DNA of 63,147 nucleotides, the filler included, from Bigelowiella natans CCMP2755 (lineage: Eukaryota; Protista; Cercozoa): NCBI GenBank assembly GCA_000320545.1. It is 11 parts of 11 records of this genome, joined end to end, with 100 filler letters (N's around TTAATTAATTAA, not from the genome) between each part and the next. Parts side by side here need not be neighbours in the genome. Positions count along the whole stretch, not along the records: positions 12,091 to 16,657 come from ADNK01002559.1; positions 16,758 to 20,743 come from ADNK01000457.1; positions 20,844 to 25,696 come from ADNK01001247.1; positions 25,797 to 27,326 come from ADNK01003596.1; positions 27,427 to 30,935 come from ADNK01003651.1; 6 more parts are not named here. One strand, given 5' to 3'. Positions 13,213-29,807 of the stretch are shown here, piece by piece. The notes under the pieces are model-generated. The model made no database searches and was not told where the DNA came from. It was given only the letters and a program-made list of their open reading frames with translations. Positions within the stretch are counted from its first letter, which is position 1. Each line of letters opens with the position of its first letter. The translations under genes and the position numbers were made by a program.

Positions 13213-13900
13213 CGCGGGTAATATTTTGCTGTGTTGTGCAGCGCTAAGATCCTACCTTTTCATCATTTCCTCGGCCATTGCTGATATATTATATGTAGAG
13301 CCATTTAAGGTGAACGTCTCCAATTCTTCCAGAGATATGGGAGGAGGCTCTTGCCTGAGGTAGATAGGGGAGGGCATATTTGTGTCGTAGCTGCTGAGAA
13401 CGGCTGACCAGATAAAAGAATCAACAAATGCTGCAGCACACATTTAGACTACATCTACATTTCACAATATATATCCACATGCCATACTCAAGCTGTGTTT
13501 TTTGCTTGTTTAGCGCGTATAAGTCTTCAGCCTCTGCAGCCAGTCCTCGACTCAACGGGCCCATCTCCCTACACGTACAATGACCAACAACACAAGGATA
13601 TTAATTCACGTAGCCACGCTGTATCTGACAAAGATCTTCACTCCTCCCTCCCTCATGATTCCCAGTACAACAGGACAGGCGCACAAAAGGACAACTGACT
13701 GCCCAGATGGTAGCCAAACATGGTGATCCTATTGCTTAAGCTTCACCTTTCCACGACTCTTCCGTCTTTTTTACGAATTTGGACGACGTAACTCATCTTC
13801 GGGGGCTCAATCCTTTCGCTGCTGTCCGCCCCCGGGTAGCCGTCATCGATTGGAAATGCTTCTACCTTCCCCGAATCAACCCCTGAAAACGACAAGCGAA
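12450..13900 (-). CDS. Multi-exon hypothetical protein, partial
   Basis: Coding-like segments (SGVDSGKVEAFPIDDGYPG..., MPSPIYLRQEPPPISLEELETF..., PEPLTWDWRKPSNQWKWFKMKNYEYW) separated by microsatellite introns; no family recognised. Confidence 0.4.
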
Positions 13901-14002
13901 GGTCAAGTAAAGACACAACTAGTTGGGAGGCGAAGGCAATTACACCCAAACAACTCCAATCTATTCCATGACAGGGTCTCTCTCTGGCCCCCCCCCTCTC
14001 TC

Positions 14003-14054
<52 letters not shown>

Positions 14055-14816
14055 ATCCATAACCTATTGGCCGCTGAAATCCCGTGAAAGCATAGTCAGC
14101 TGTTGCGGCACGGCGCAGGTCGGGAGCTGTATCAGCAGCATAATTCGTGAGCTTGTAGCAGCTCCTCAGCCCGGAGAGCGAGACCACGGTTACTACTGCA
14201 ATCAGAAGATTCGACGACCTGCTCCAGAAGGGGGGGGGAGGGGATAGTAAGAGGTTCATACGATACGTCCTAAAACTGATTCCTCTCACTCTCACTGCAG
14301 AGGTCTCTGCTTACCCACGATGGCGCAAGGGGCGCCTGATACCCGTCGCCATTGGCGTGCGTTTAACCCCTTAGCTATGAGACGGACGACGTCCGAAGAA
14401 TTGACAAATGCTCCTCACTTAAGGGGTGTCCAAACAAAGCTAAGCGGGACCTCGCCGGAGCCCACTGCACGCATCCATCATCCCTCCCGCTTGGAGCCGT
14501 GTTTCTGCTCGTGAAGGGGGCGGGCGGGCGGCCACAGACGGGAAATAAATCATCGCAACACTCACCACAATAACAAACAAAGGCGGCCATGAATCTGCAA
14601 CACGCACCACAACAGTTTCCGGTCGAGGCCTTTTTTTGGGGAAAAATACTCCAAAAACTTCGTTACTACAAGCATGATTCATGACGAAACCATTCGCACA
14701 TGTGAGCTGTTGGTGAATGGCTTTTGAACCACGATGGAGCAAATCCAGATTGAGGCCTTCTGATGTGCAATGGCTTTCACTTTGTGGTGCTGCTGGTTTC
14801 ACCAGCTAATCCTCCA

Positions 14817-15179
14817 TCCAAGATGCCAGCTTTGGTTCCAATCAATTCACATTGCAACGGCACCATCAATCGGCATCCATGCCAATTTCATCCCTTGTTC
14901 CGTCTCCGGCATTTCAGATGAGTGGCCATGGTGTTCTCATCCCTTCACGCAGCCTTGGAGTGTGCCTCTGATGGGTTGCAGCTGATTTTTTGTTCGGCAT
15001 CCAAGATGCCAGCTTTGGTTCCAATCAATTCACATTGCAACGGCACCATCAATCGGCATCCATGCCAATTTCATCCCTTGTTCCGTCTCCGGCATTGTGA
15101 CAGATGAGTGGCCATGGTGTTCTCATCCCTTCACGCAGCCTTGGAGTGTGCCTCTGATGGGTTGCAGCTGATTTTTTGT
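14817..15179. repeat. Two-copy ~180 bp tandem duplication within a TpA-depleted tract
   Basis: CCAAGATGCCAGCTTTGGTTCCAATCAATTCACATTGCAACGG...GTTGCAGCTGATTTTTTGT occurs at about 14818 and 15001. Confidence 0.9.
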
Positions 15180-15274
15180 GTCTCTTCACCAACAGGGTGC
15201 TGACAAGTCCTTGCAACGAGTGTTGTTGAGGCTCTGCTGCGTGCAAATGCCTGTCTCCCATGTGGTTCTGGCGC

Positions 15275-15475
15275 ACGTGGTTTTTGATCAACGCTTTGTT
15301 CATTGTTCATTGTTCATTTTTCCTCAACTAGATTCAGCTCGAGGCACTGCGTTTCGTGCTTTGTGAATGTTTTGTGACGTGTTCGAAATGTGGCCCATTC
15401 CAGCATTGTCAAGTTTCGCTTTCTTTCTTTCGAATGTGAAGTGTGGTTCATCATCATTGTTCATTGTTCATTGTG
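15275..15475. repeat. Dispersed repeat, inverted homologue at ~39090-39225
   Basis: Blocks TTTTGATCAACGCTTT-TTCATTGTTCATTGTTCATT, CAG(C/T)TCGAGGCACTGC(G/A)TTTCG and GAAGTGTGGTT..TCATCATTGTTC are shared in reverse complement. Confidence 0.7.
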
Positions 15476-16844
15476 AAGCAAGAGGATGGATGGCGCGTCC
15501 ACAACGAAGAGTTGCAATCGACGTTTTCGCCTGATGAAAAATCATGACAGAGCACTAGCAACCGTGCCTTCACGCTGTGTTTGCACGTGCCAGCGTGAGC
15601 TGCTGCACCTTTTTGCTTTGATGCGGAAGCTTCAAAGTTCACGAGTGTGAGCCATGCTGGCATGCATGCACGTGGCATGGCGCCTTTCGTGGGCCGTGCA
15701 GTTCTCACCACCATTGTCACTTCACGGTGCACACGTGCCGTCATCAAGACGTACGCGTGCGCTCAACTTGCACGTGCACACCATGGGGACGACTTAACCG
15801 CGGACGAAAGCCACAGCAGATGCGCTGCATGTGGTGACAAGCGTGGAGCCATCGCAATTCAACGTGCAAACACACAATCTTGTCACGGGAGTTGTGCATC
15901 TCAAATGAAATTGAAAGTGGGCGACTTGCATGGCCATTGCAGGATTGAACGTAAATGAATTAACACAATGAACATCTTCGATGTCAACGGTACACGATCG
16001 TTGGAGTGTGAAATCATGCTAGCATGGTGGTTAGCAATGAAAAAATTAACGTCGCTAGGTCGTTCAGCTGGAGCTATCTAGCTATCTTGACTCAAACAGC
16101 AACTTTAGAGTACTTAACTCGGGAAGTACGAGGTTTAAAGGTTAATTTGGAGCTTGGTACCTGACGAGTGACAAATGATAGCATCCTTATCCTTGTGGAA
16201 AGATTTTCTTTTCAAATTCCCAATGCTCTTCAATCATTAAAAGTTACGTTGTAATCGAAATAAGGAGGTGCCGTAGCTCTATTCCATCATGGTAATTACG
16301 CTGTGATGGATATAGAGCGACGGATGACGAAATCGCACACACCTCTCGTTGCGCCTTCTTACTGCTATGTTCTGTGAAAAGCTCTGGTATGTACGGTTCC
16401 CTCCCGAAGGAGGGGTGCACCAGTCGTCGCTCTTTGCGGCTGCGGCGTCTCATATCTTCATCCTCATCGCCACCAGCCTTTTCTCTGCGAGAACTAAGGA
16501 CGTGTATTGGTGATTATGCAACGCAATCAAATCAGAGTACGTACCCACCCCCCTCCCCCCCATATCCCCCGTCTCTATCCATCTGTCTTCTCTGCGCGTG
16601 TGTGCTCCTCGAAAAAGTAAAAATTGTTCAAAAAGAAGTACGCACAGGGTTTCGCGANNNNNNNNNNNNNNNNNNNNNNNNNNNNNNNNNNNNNNNNNNN
16701 NTTAATTAATTAANNNNNNNNNNNNNNNNNNNNNNNNNNNNNNNNNNNNNNNNNNNNTAATAATAATGATAATGATAACACTGGCCATTTGCAGAAACAA
16801 TACTGTAGTAGTCAGATATATATCGGATATCCTCTCCCGTACAC

Positions 16845-17516
16845 AGAATTTCGAGCAAGCTTCCAAGAGCGAGATGCAGCAAATGGATGTATCTGGCCTC
16901 CCAACCGAAGCAGAACTAATGAAGCCTGGCACTAAGGATGGGCAGGTTACCGTGATGATTGATTGATTGATTGATGCTTGGGAATATAAATGACCAAAAT
17001 GCCGCTTTCTGTCATTCCCCACCGCCGACCACTACACCCTTCGAGTATTGTAAACGTGAAAAAAAAAGGTGAGGGGAGGGGGGGGGCGCAGGGAAAGGAG
17101 GTAACCTCTTGGATACGAATAAGAGCGACCAATCTCCCTGTAGAAGTACTAGTAGTAGTCGGCGCGACGATAGGATGGATATGATCTATCTGCTGCATCG
17201 TCACGTCAGCTCTCAATAAACCGACCACAACGGACAACACATCAGGTGAAGATCTTCAACGTCTCCGGCAAAGCAATGGTGTATCGATGGTCGCAAGCCG
17301 ACATGAAGTGGGTTCTGGTTGGCGAGGCTATGGGAAGAGGGTACGACATGATGTTGGTAGTTGTAGTAGTAGTTGTAGCAGCAACTGCAAAAGGAGTGGT
17401 GGTGTGGAGAGGGGGGGGGGGGGGGGGGAAGGATAATGGCTACTTCATGGGGATAATGGAAAGGCTGCATCTTGTAGATTATTAAAAATGTTTACACAGA
17501 ACACACACAGACACAG

Positions 17517-17548
<32 letters not shown>

Positions 17549-18183
17549 TGATATATATGGCTATAACAACAACCACTACTACTAATTAGTATTACCATCA
17601 ACAAATGCCACTACCACTGCCACCACTACCAACACCACACCTTAGCCGCGGAAAACCAAAGCCTAAGAAGACGGAACTTGATGGCCAATTCTACGATCAC
17701 GTCACCAAGGTATGCATGTAGCTAGTGTATCATCAGAGAATGCAAGTGAGTAAGTAGCTAGTAGAAGAAGAAGAAGAAGAAGAAGAAGATTCTGAGAGCT
17801 AGCAACAACGCCCCTATCGCGCATACCATACACTCGTTACTTACACTTCCACCGCGATCCGCCTCGCCCCCCCCCCCCCCCTTCACCCCCGACAAACGAA
17901 CCCGAAAGGTGTTTATTACGGAACAGCAGTCAGTTATGCTTGGATGGTAGCTTCGACGTGCTAATAATGATGATAACGATGCTGATGATAATGATGATGA
18001 TTATGTGCTTTTTCTTCCCCTTATTGTGGGAGGAGGAGTGGGGTGGTAAAGGGGGGGGGGTGGGTAGCGAAGTGAAACTGCATGGATCCTCCTATGCTGA
18101 GCCTCTCTTGTACGTGGAGATTGTGTCGCGTGATTCATGTGCTGCATATTCTTTGTGTGTGGATAAATAACATAAATTATAAT

Positions 18184-18229
<46 letters not shown>

Positions 18230-19651
18230 ATCAAGAACGGTAGCGTTCCGGAAAGGGCATGCGAATCACGCGCACCTACTCTTGCTACTACTGACTCTCT
18301 CCCTCGCAACTACTCGAGTGTATAACAACAACAACAACAACCAGGAACATCGACGATGACCCCAGGGACGTCGTAGATCACTTCGCGGCGTTGTATTCGC
18401 TCACAGAAGATCTCAAGTACCAAGTCTACCAATTCGTGGCGCCCAAGACTGATCCGCAGGTAATATGTTATTGAGAGCTGCTGATGGTCATAATATATCA
18501 TCATCATCCTCTATATCGTCATCTATACATGATGATCATTATCTCATCACCATCATTATCACCATCAAACCAATAGTGGCACCGCGTGTTTTTTGCTCGT
18601 TTGCATAAACGCACGCTGCCCGGTCAACTGCTGCTGCCTCTGCTTCTCCAGCAACAACTGCTGCTGCTGAATGGTGTCGGTTATCGTGTGTGGTTGCATA
18701 GGCCATTGCTGCTCGGAAGGAACGAGAGAGGAGTGAGCGGCTTGCAAGGGTTGGTGGTCATGTTTCAATAATGAGTGTCAAGATAATGATGATGATAGAT
18801 ATGGTAGATAGATAGATGATAGATGATAGATGGATCATAGATCACGATGAGCAAGATAGTATATAGATGATTGACACATTAGAATAGTAGCCTTACGACG
18901 AAGAAAGCAGCAGCAGCGCCACCAACTTGGCGTGTCGTCGTCGTTGTCTCCTCTGCATGTGCGCATCATCACCTTATCGTACTCTTTTTCTTTTAATGGC
19001 ATCATCGTGCATTGTTCCCCTCCTTCTCCCTTGGCAGCATGAGCTGAGCTCCGTCATGTACCTAGCCACCCATCCATGGCCACTCTTCATCATCCCCTTC
19101 TTCTTTCCTTTTCCTCCCCCTCCTCCTCCTCCTCCTACCACTACTTCTGCTGCCTACTCTTACGTAAGGCGACGAGGCATGTACCAAGCTGGACGAAACA
19201 CGGTTTCAAGCTCTTCGCAGACACATCAAAGGTGCAGGAGGGGGGGGAGGAGGAGGGGGAGCAACGGGGGGGGTGAAGAGAGAAGGGGGAGAGAAGTAGA
19301 CGCCTAGTTCAACACACGCTGTTACTTACTACAACAGCTTGCGCCTATGCGTAAAAGACTGGCGAAAAGCATCGAATCTGACAGCTCTTTCAGCGCAAAT
19401 GTGAGGAATTGTCGGTAGAGGAATTAGGAGGGAGGGAGAGGGAAGAAGAAGATGATGATGATAGATATGTGGCCAACCGCACTGTAATCTTTCTCGACTA
19501 TCGTCGTCATCATCATCGTCGTCGTCCTCCGCCGCCGCCCTTCGTGTAGCGTTCGTATTCCCCCCTCCCTCCCTCCTCCTCCTGCACAATGCTGCTCATA
19601 CATAATGCTGCTCATGCTGCTTCGGTTTGTTCTACGTGGTATCCATCATCC

Positions 19652-19686
<35 letters not shown>

Positions 19687-19950
19687 GTTTTCTAGGCATT
19701 CAAGGTTCTGATGGCCAACATGGAGAATGTCTCCAAGTACCATTCCTCCGCTTTCTCACAGGTGGGTTTTTGTGTGCACAAATCCTCCTCCTCCTCATCC
19801 TCCTCCCCCTCATCCACCTCCCCCTCATCCTCATCCTCGTACAAGTATACACCCGCCATTGCTCGATTATCTCTGAGCCGCCACCGACCGTGATTACCCC
19901 CAACCAACCAATGAACCTTTAGGAAGAAGCAGGGCTTGTTAAGAAGATGC
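16845..19950 (+). CDS. PLAA: Phospholipase A2-activating protein (PLAA/Doa1/Ufd3), internal part including PFU domain
   Basis: Exons LMKPGTKDGQ, VKIFNVSGKAMVYRWSQADMKWVLVGEAMG, KTELDGQFYDHVTKV and NIDDDPRDVVDHFAALYSLTEDLKYQVYQFV match the PFU region. Confidence 0.75.
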
Positions 19951-21059
19951 TGGTGTGGAAGGGGACGGTCGTCATTTAGTAGTAGTAGTAGTAGTAGTAG
20001 TAGTAGCCACGACGTCATCATCGTTGTCATCTTCTTCAAACCGAGTAATAGTAATATATTAAGCCTAGGATTAGCCTGACCCTTCCGCTGCTTCCCCCCC
20101 CCCCCCCCCCCCTTCCTCCTCCTCCTCCAGAAAATCCCCCCCCTCCTCGACGCCTTCCGCATCCTCATGCTTGAAAAGGCTCCTAAGAGGACCATTTTCA
20201 CAGCATTCTTGTTGCGGAGAATTATCCTCCAAAAAATAGCCGAAGAAAGGGGCCTCCAGCACCCGGGTGGTTTTTAGCCCATGGGATCAACAATGATGAT
20301 GATGGGGAAGAAGAAGATAAGGAATTATCCTCTGTACAAATGTCTTTCCGTAGTCTCCCCTTACTATTTCCCCCCCCCCCACCACAAGCACCCCAACCCC
20401 CAACACCCCGGGTGAACGCTATTTTTTCTCTCCGCCTTCCTCCCTTTCCTTCCCCCATGGGAAAAAGTTTTTTTTTCGGGGGCTTTTCAACAGTGTTGCC
20501 CCCCGGCCCAAAAACGATTAAAAAAAGAAAAAAGATGGGGCCCCCCCCAAAGACCTCGTGGAATTTTTCAAACCCGCAAAGGTGGGAAATACACCCCTTC
20601 TTCGATCTCTTTTTGAAAGAACCGCGAAACAAAATATGGGTGTTATAAAATCCATAAAAACTGGTGGGGGGGGGGGGGGGGGGGTATCGGGAACAAAATA
20701 TTTATTCAGGGCCAGGGTGGGGGGGGGGGGGGGGGGGGGTATGNNNNNNNNNNNNNNNNNNNNNNNNNNNNNNNNNNNNNNNNNNNNTTAATTAATTAAN
20801 NNNNNNNNNNNNNNNNNNNNNNNNNNNNNNNNNNNNNNNNNNNGTAGTTTTTTTCCCCCCCCCCCTCTCTTTTTGCCCCTCCGGTTCTGGAAATAAACAC
20901 CCCTTCCCCCTTTTTTTTTTTTCCCTTTGGGAGGGGCCCGAAATTGGTTGGTAGGGCCGCCCTCCACGGTAGACCCCCCCCCCCCCCCCCCTCTTATGTC
21001 GTACATATTCACTCTGTGGCCCTGTAGTTCGTTCTTTACCAACAGCAGCACCACTACTT

Positions 21060-21095
<36 letters not shown>

Positions 21096-21171
21096 AGTAC
21101 TACTTGCACAAACCTCTCCTCCTCCTCCTCCTCCTCCCATATCGTTCTTTCGTGACTGTTCTTATTCACAG

Positions 21172-25421
<4,250 letters not shown>

Positions 25422-25796
25422 GGTGTGTGCTGCCCCCCCCCCCCCCCCGCCCTTTTTTTTCTTTTTCCCCTCAAGGGTATATTTTCTTTCCAAATAAACC
25501 CCCCAACCCCTCCCCCCCTCTTTTTTCTTTAATTTCGTCCCAAACGAAAAACAAAAACCCGTTAAAAGAAAGAAGCTCCCGAGAACACCCGTTAACCGGT
25601 AGCAAAACGGGGGCGGGGAAAAACAAATCTCCACGGAATTTGAACCGGGATTATGACCAAATAGCCCCAGAGAAAGGAAACCAGGGGGGGGGGGGGNNNN
25701 NNNNNNNNNNNNNNNNNNNNNNNNNNNNNNNNNNNNNNNNTTAATTAATTAANNNNNNNNNNNNNNNNNNNNNNNNNNNNNNNNNNNNNNNNNNNN

Positions 25797-25996
25797 CTTC
25801 ATTATAGCGGAACGATTACCTATGTCCCAAGCGGTGAATACAGATATATTAACTTTACCTCTGCAAACATCCCTTGAAAAGTATACAGATTTCGGCATTT
25901 TGGAAGCATCGCTTGACAGGTGATTTAGTCCCTATACGAATGCCTAACAAAAGTAGCATCCATCTAAAACTAATGTTTCAACGAAAGCAAAAATAG
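25797..25996 (+). CDS. Virophage minor capsid (penton) protein C-terminal fragment, with a 1-nt frameshift near 25873
   Basis: Reads SGTITYVPSGEYRYINFTSANIP/LKSIQISAFWKHRLTGDLVPIRMPNKSSIHLKLMFQRKQK*, resembling virophage penton C-termini; lies directly upstream of the major capsid gene. Confidence 0.72.
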
Positions 25997-26026
25997 TTTA
26001 AATTTTTTTTCTCGGTGTAATTATAT

Positions 26027-27326
26027 ATGAATTTAAGTAAGAAAGCAGTTTATGATGCAAGAACAGTTCAGTTACCACCTGAATACAAAATCTCTAAGAG
26101 TTCTATGTCAGTGAATAACAAACAGATTAAATCCTTATCCGCAAGTGCGAGTAATCAAAACTATAACATTACCATACCTTCTTTAAATGTCTTCGTTGAC
26201 CGTAAGATAAACTGGACCTCCGAGGTCACCCTTTTAGTTACTGTAAACAGAGGTGATTTTAATACTGGTGCTGATGTTGGTGCTGGTGGAAACCCTGCTG
26301 CTAATGCTAAAATCGCAACCTTAAGTGAAATCTTATCATTAAACAATTTCCCTTTACATAGAATGGTTTCCACAATGAGTTTACAAATTAACGATACAGT
26401 ATCCACAACCAATTTAGACCAATCCATAAACGAGCAGTTGCTTCTAATGACTACTGACCCAAAATATGACAGTAGCAGTGCGATTTGCCCTTCCTATTTA
26501 TCACCTTATGGAAAATATAGCGAAGGCAAAGGGGCATTCAATAATAGTATTACTGGGTTTTTTGACGGCGATAAATTCTACCACAAGAATGGAGCACATT
26601 TTGATGTTAATTTTGTAGATGGTAATGGCGATGTTTTACCGGACAACTTTAATGGAAATGTGGTCATAGGTGGTGTTGCTTATCCATATGCGGATGGCGA
26701 ACCAGTCGTAAGAGCACCTGGAAATCTTGTCCAAGCAGAATATAAATTTTACCTAAAATTTACATCCAAAGAGAAACTTATGATTAGTCCGTTATGCTAT
26801 GTTCCTGAGAATTATCATAGTGTAGGTTTATACGGTGTTAACAATGCTACCCTCCAAATCAATTTCAAAGACCCAAGCAGAGCAGTCTGTTACGATGGAA
26901 ACAGAATCGGCACTGAAAATAATCCTATAACCTGTAGAGCAGAATTCGTTACATTAGCGAATAAACCAGGACCATTTTTACAAAGTTATATAGATGTTGT
27001 GTATTTAACTCCTGCTTTAGACCTCAAAGTCAGTCCTGAAAATATTGTCCCATATATGGAGTTTCCTACATATAGAACTATTGATAGTAATGGTTTTCCT
27101 CAAGGGATAAACAATAGTAAAACCATATTATCATCCACCATAACATTACCAAGTATCCCTGATAGTTTAATTATTGCTGTTAAGAAAACAACATATGATG
27201 CGACTGAAACGAATTTCTATTTTCCTATCACAAATTTAAACATTACCTTTGACACAGAAGCGGTCTTTTAAACACAATGCCTGTGGATAAATTATACAGA
27301 TGAGTTATGATAATGGGATTAGAAAT
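26027..27326 (+). CDS. Virophage (Lavidaviridae-type) major capsid protein, truncated at contig end
   Basis: N-terminus AVYDAR...SASASNQNYNITIPSLNVFVDRKI, FPLHRMVSTMSLQIND, KEKLMISP, GLYGVNNATLQINF and SSTITLPSIPDSLII resemble Sputnik-type MCP. Past the stop at 27271, shifted frames read RSGLLNTMPVDKLY/MSYDNG. Intronless and AT-rich. Confidence 0.85.
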
Positions 27327-27449
27327 NNNNNNNNNNNNNNNNNNNNNNNNNNNNNNNNNNNNNNNNNNNNTTAATTAATTAANNNNNNNNNNNNNNNNNN
27401 NNNNNNNNNNNNNNNNNNNNNNNNNNGTAACAATGAAGGAAAATCCCCA

Positions 27450-27636
27450 CCTTAGGAGACGGAAACTTCTTCAAAGCCTGGGTTGCTGCCTTCTTTACTG
27501 TATTTGAAGAAGATGATGATACCATGTTAAGGAGACTCCTTGGCATAGAAGAGAATCCTCTGCGAAGCGTAGAAGAAGAGCTTAGCGCCCTTCCTCGCAA
27601 AGATGACATCAACGTACGCGTACTAAATCCGAACAT
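27450..27636 (-). CDS. First exon of a probably mitochondrion-targeted protein
   Basis: MFGFSTRTLMSSLRGRALSSSSTLRRGFSS is an S/R-rich, acid-free presequence; the gene runs into the gap. Confidence 0.5.
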
Positions 27637-28125
27637 TTATCCTAATGGATGTGGGAGATGAGTTTATGGAAGGAAGAAGAATAGTAGTGCCATGGACGAG
27701 TACAAACTAGGAAAGATCTTGGACATCACAACTTAATTTAAAATAATGTTCAGAATAATTTTAATTACTCACCACTGAAAAAAGTATGAAGTTCCTACAC
27801 TAAAAGTTTAAATTGCACATGATCTAATGGAGATATAGAAGGATGTAAAGGTCTAAACTGAATGAAGATTCCTACTGAATCGATCACAGCGGCGAGGCAA
27901 ATCGACAGTGGGGATGAGCACGTCGTCGGAACGTGCTCCTCCAAAGGAAATTCGCCAATAATCCTCTGGATTTTAGACGGAAAGCAATCTATTTCCCTTG
28001 TCTTACATCGAAAATGAATCTCATTAGGGTAATTGCGGATGAAAACTGATTGAAGATAGGGAGAAAGGCTAAAATTCGAACCCTAGATGTCCATATTAGC
28101 AGAACGTCTTTCACAGCTGCAGCCC

Positions 28126-28165
<40 letters not shown>

Positions 28166-29807
28166 AATAAGATCGTACTCGTAAAAGGGTTACGTGACTT
28201 TGGTCGAACTCATGCATTTCGTGTACGACATCAGGATCCATCTGTCGATATGTAGGGATTGTAGTTCGTTCTCACCAATATTGTTGCATTTTAGCAATTC
28301 TGCAATCATTTTTAATTTTTTGTTCCAAAATAAAAGAAGCATGGAGGTTAGTTATTTTTTCGGTATCTAGAATTTACATGAATAAAAAACATGACAAGAA
28401 AACTATGAGATTTGTCTTCTGTCTTCTCAAGCGTCGTAAAACAAAATATCGCTTGGTGAGACAAGAGGCGAAAAAGCTGCAAGTGCACACCTGAGAGCCA
28501 ATGAACTGACGAACCACCCCCCTGAGAACATTTTCGCCGAGATTTCCCCGGTGTTATCCGGTGTTCGGACCAAAAGAAACAAGTGATCTACGGAGGAGAG
28601 TGGGATAAAATTCTGTAAGAGTAAGCTTTGTTTGTCGTATCACTGTAATGTCAATTAAATTTATAAAACCTCTTAAATAACGGACATCAAGAATTAAATG
28701 CGAAAATTCCAGGGGTGGATTTCTCCTTCTGGAACGGGCCCTTTGACCCAAAATACATCACTTCTTATTCTCTCCCGACTCTCTTCTTTTGTTAAGGAAT
28801 AAAAAGAAATAGTCAGACTTAATTCAGTTCCAATGTGACATAATCTCGCAAATAATCACGTAAGTAAACATATTTCATGTGTCGTATTGTATAAATTGAT
28901 TATCTTTAATATAATAATTATACGAAATTGTTAGGTATTGTGCTGTAACTATGCGAAGATAAATATAGTATTTTGTCAAGTCGTATAACAAAAATGACCT
29001 TATAATATATACTTTTATCGTAATCCCGGGATAAGGAACGTTGAGAATTCAGTTATACTTGTGTTCACTGTCCACGCTCCCCTTCATTGCAAATAAAAGA
29101 GACCTACTATGCAAGAAAGGTTTAGATTGAATTTTGTACCAAGAAACACTCATTTACTGGTATCAAAGAGAATTGTAAGTGGAGAGGCCCACGCACCAAA
29201 ACTGGAAGTGTTTAAGACACAAAAAAGAAGCATAAAGCCCTTATAATTTGCAATAACCACCTGCATTCGTATGAAAGACGCTTCTTGAACAAATTCTAAT
29301 TGGGAAGTACCCGATATTCGTCATCATATTTTAGAAACATAGGATATTTGTAATCAAATTTCTTTCTACGTTGCCAACCGAACCAAGAGCTTTTTCGGAC
29401 TATTAAGTTTTTTAATAAATTTCATAAATTTACTTTCTACCTTATATATTGGATACCGACATAAAATAAAACAATTGTTTATTGCAAAATAGAGCTGCAG
29501 AAATTCCTAAGGATACTCCAGATGTAAAACTTATTGTCCTCTAAAATGATACTGTAAGGCCTATATATTTTATATGCGACATGGAAATTATCGAGATTAA
29601 TTTATGTATATTAGACAATTTTCTCTTTTTTATAATATTTATGTAGATATTTAAGTATGAAAATATGAAGAAGCCTTGTGTCTTACTCGTTCGAAACCTT
29701 CCGGTTCTAGGAGGGGTATACGTGGACAGGCAATTAATCTGACATAATTTACGTGACCACGGACGCAGTCTGCTCTAGTCCCATAACCCAAACCCCTCTA
29801 GCACACA

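Noticed and set aside
14701-15900. CpG-methylation decay or fungal RIP as the cause of CA/TG richness
   Set aside because: CpG remains frequent and TpA is lost rather than gained.
20080-21000. G/C/A/T homopolymer-rich ORFs (also 25430-25696 and 59418-59500)
   Set aside because: Typical degraded read ends next to gaps.
27700-29750. AT-rich region as a continuation of the virophage
   Set aside because: Different contig, no long ORFs; it is the divergent intergenic region upstream of rbcS.
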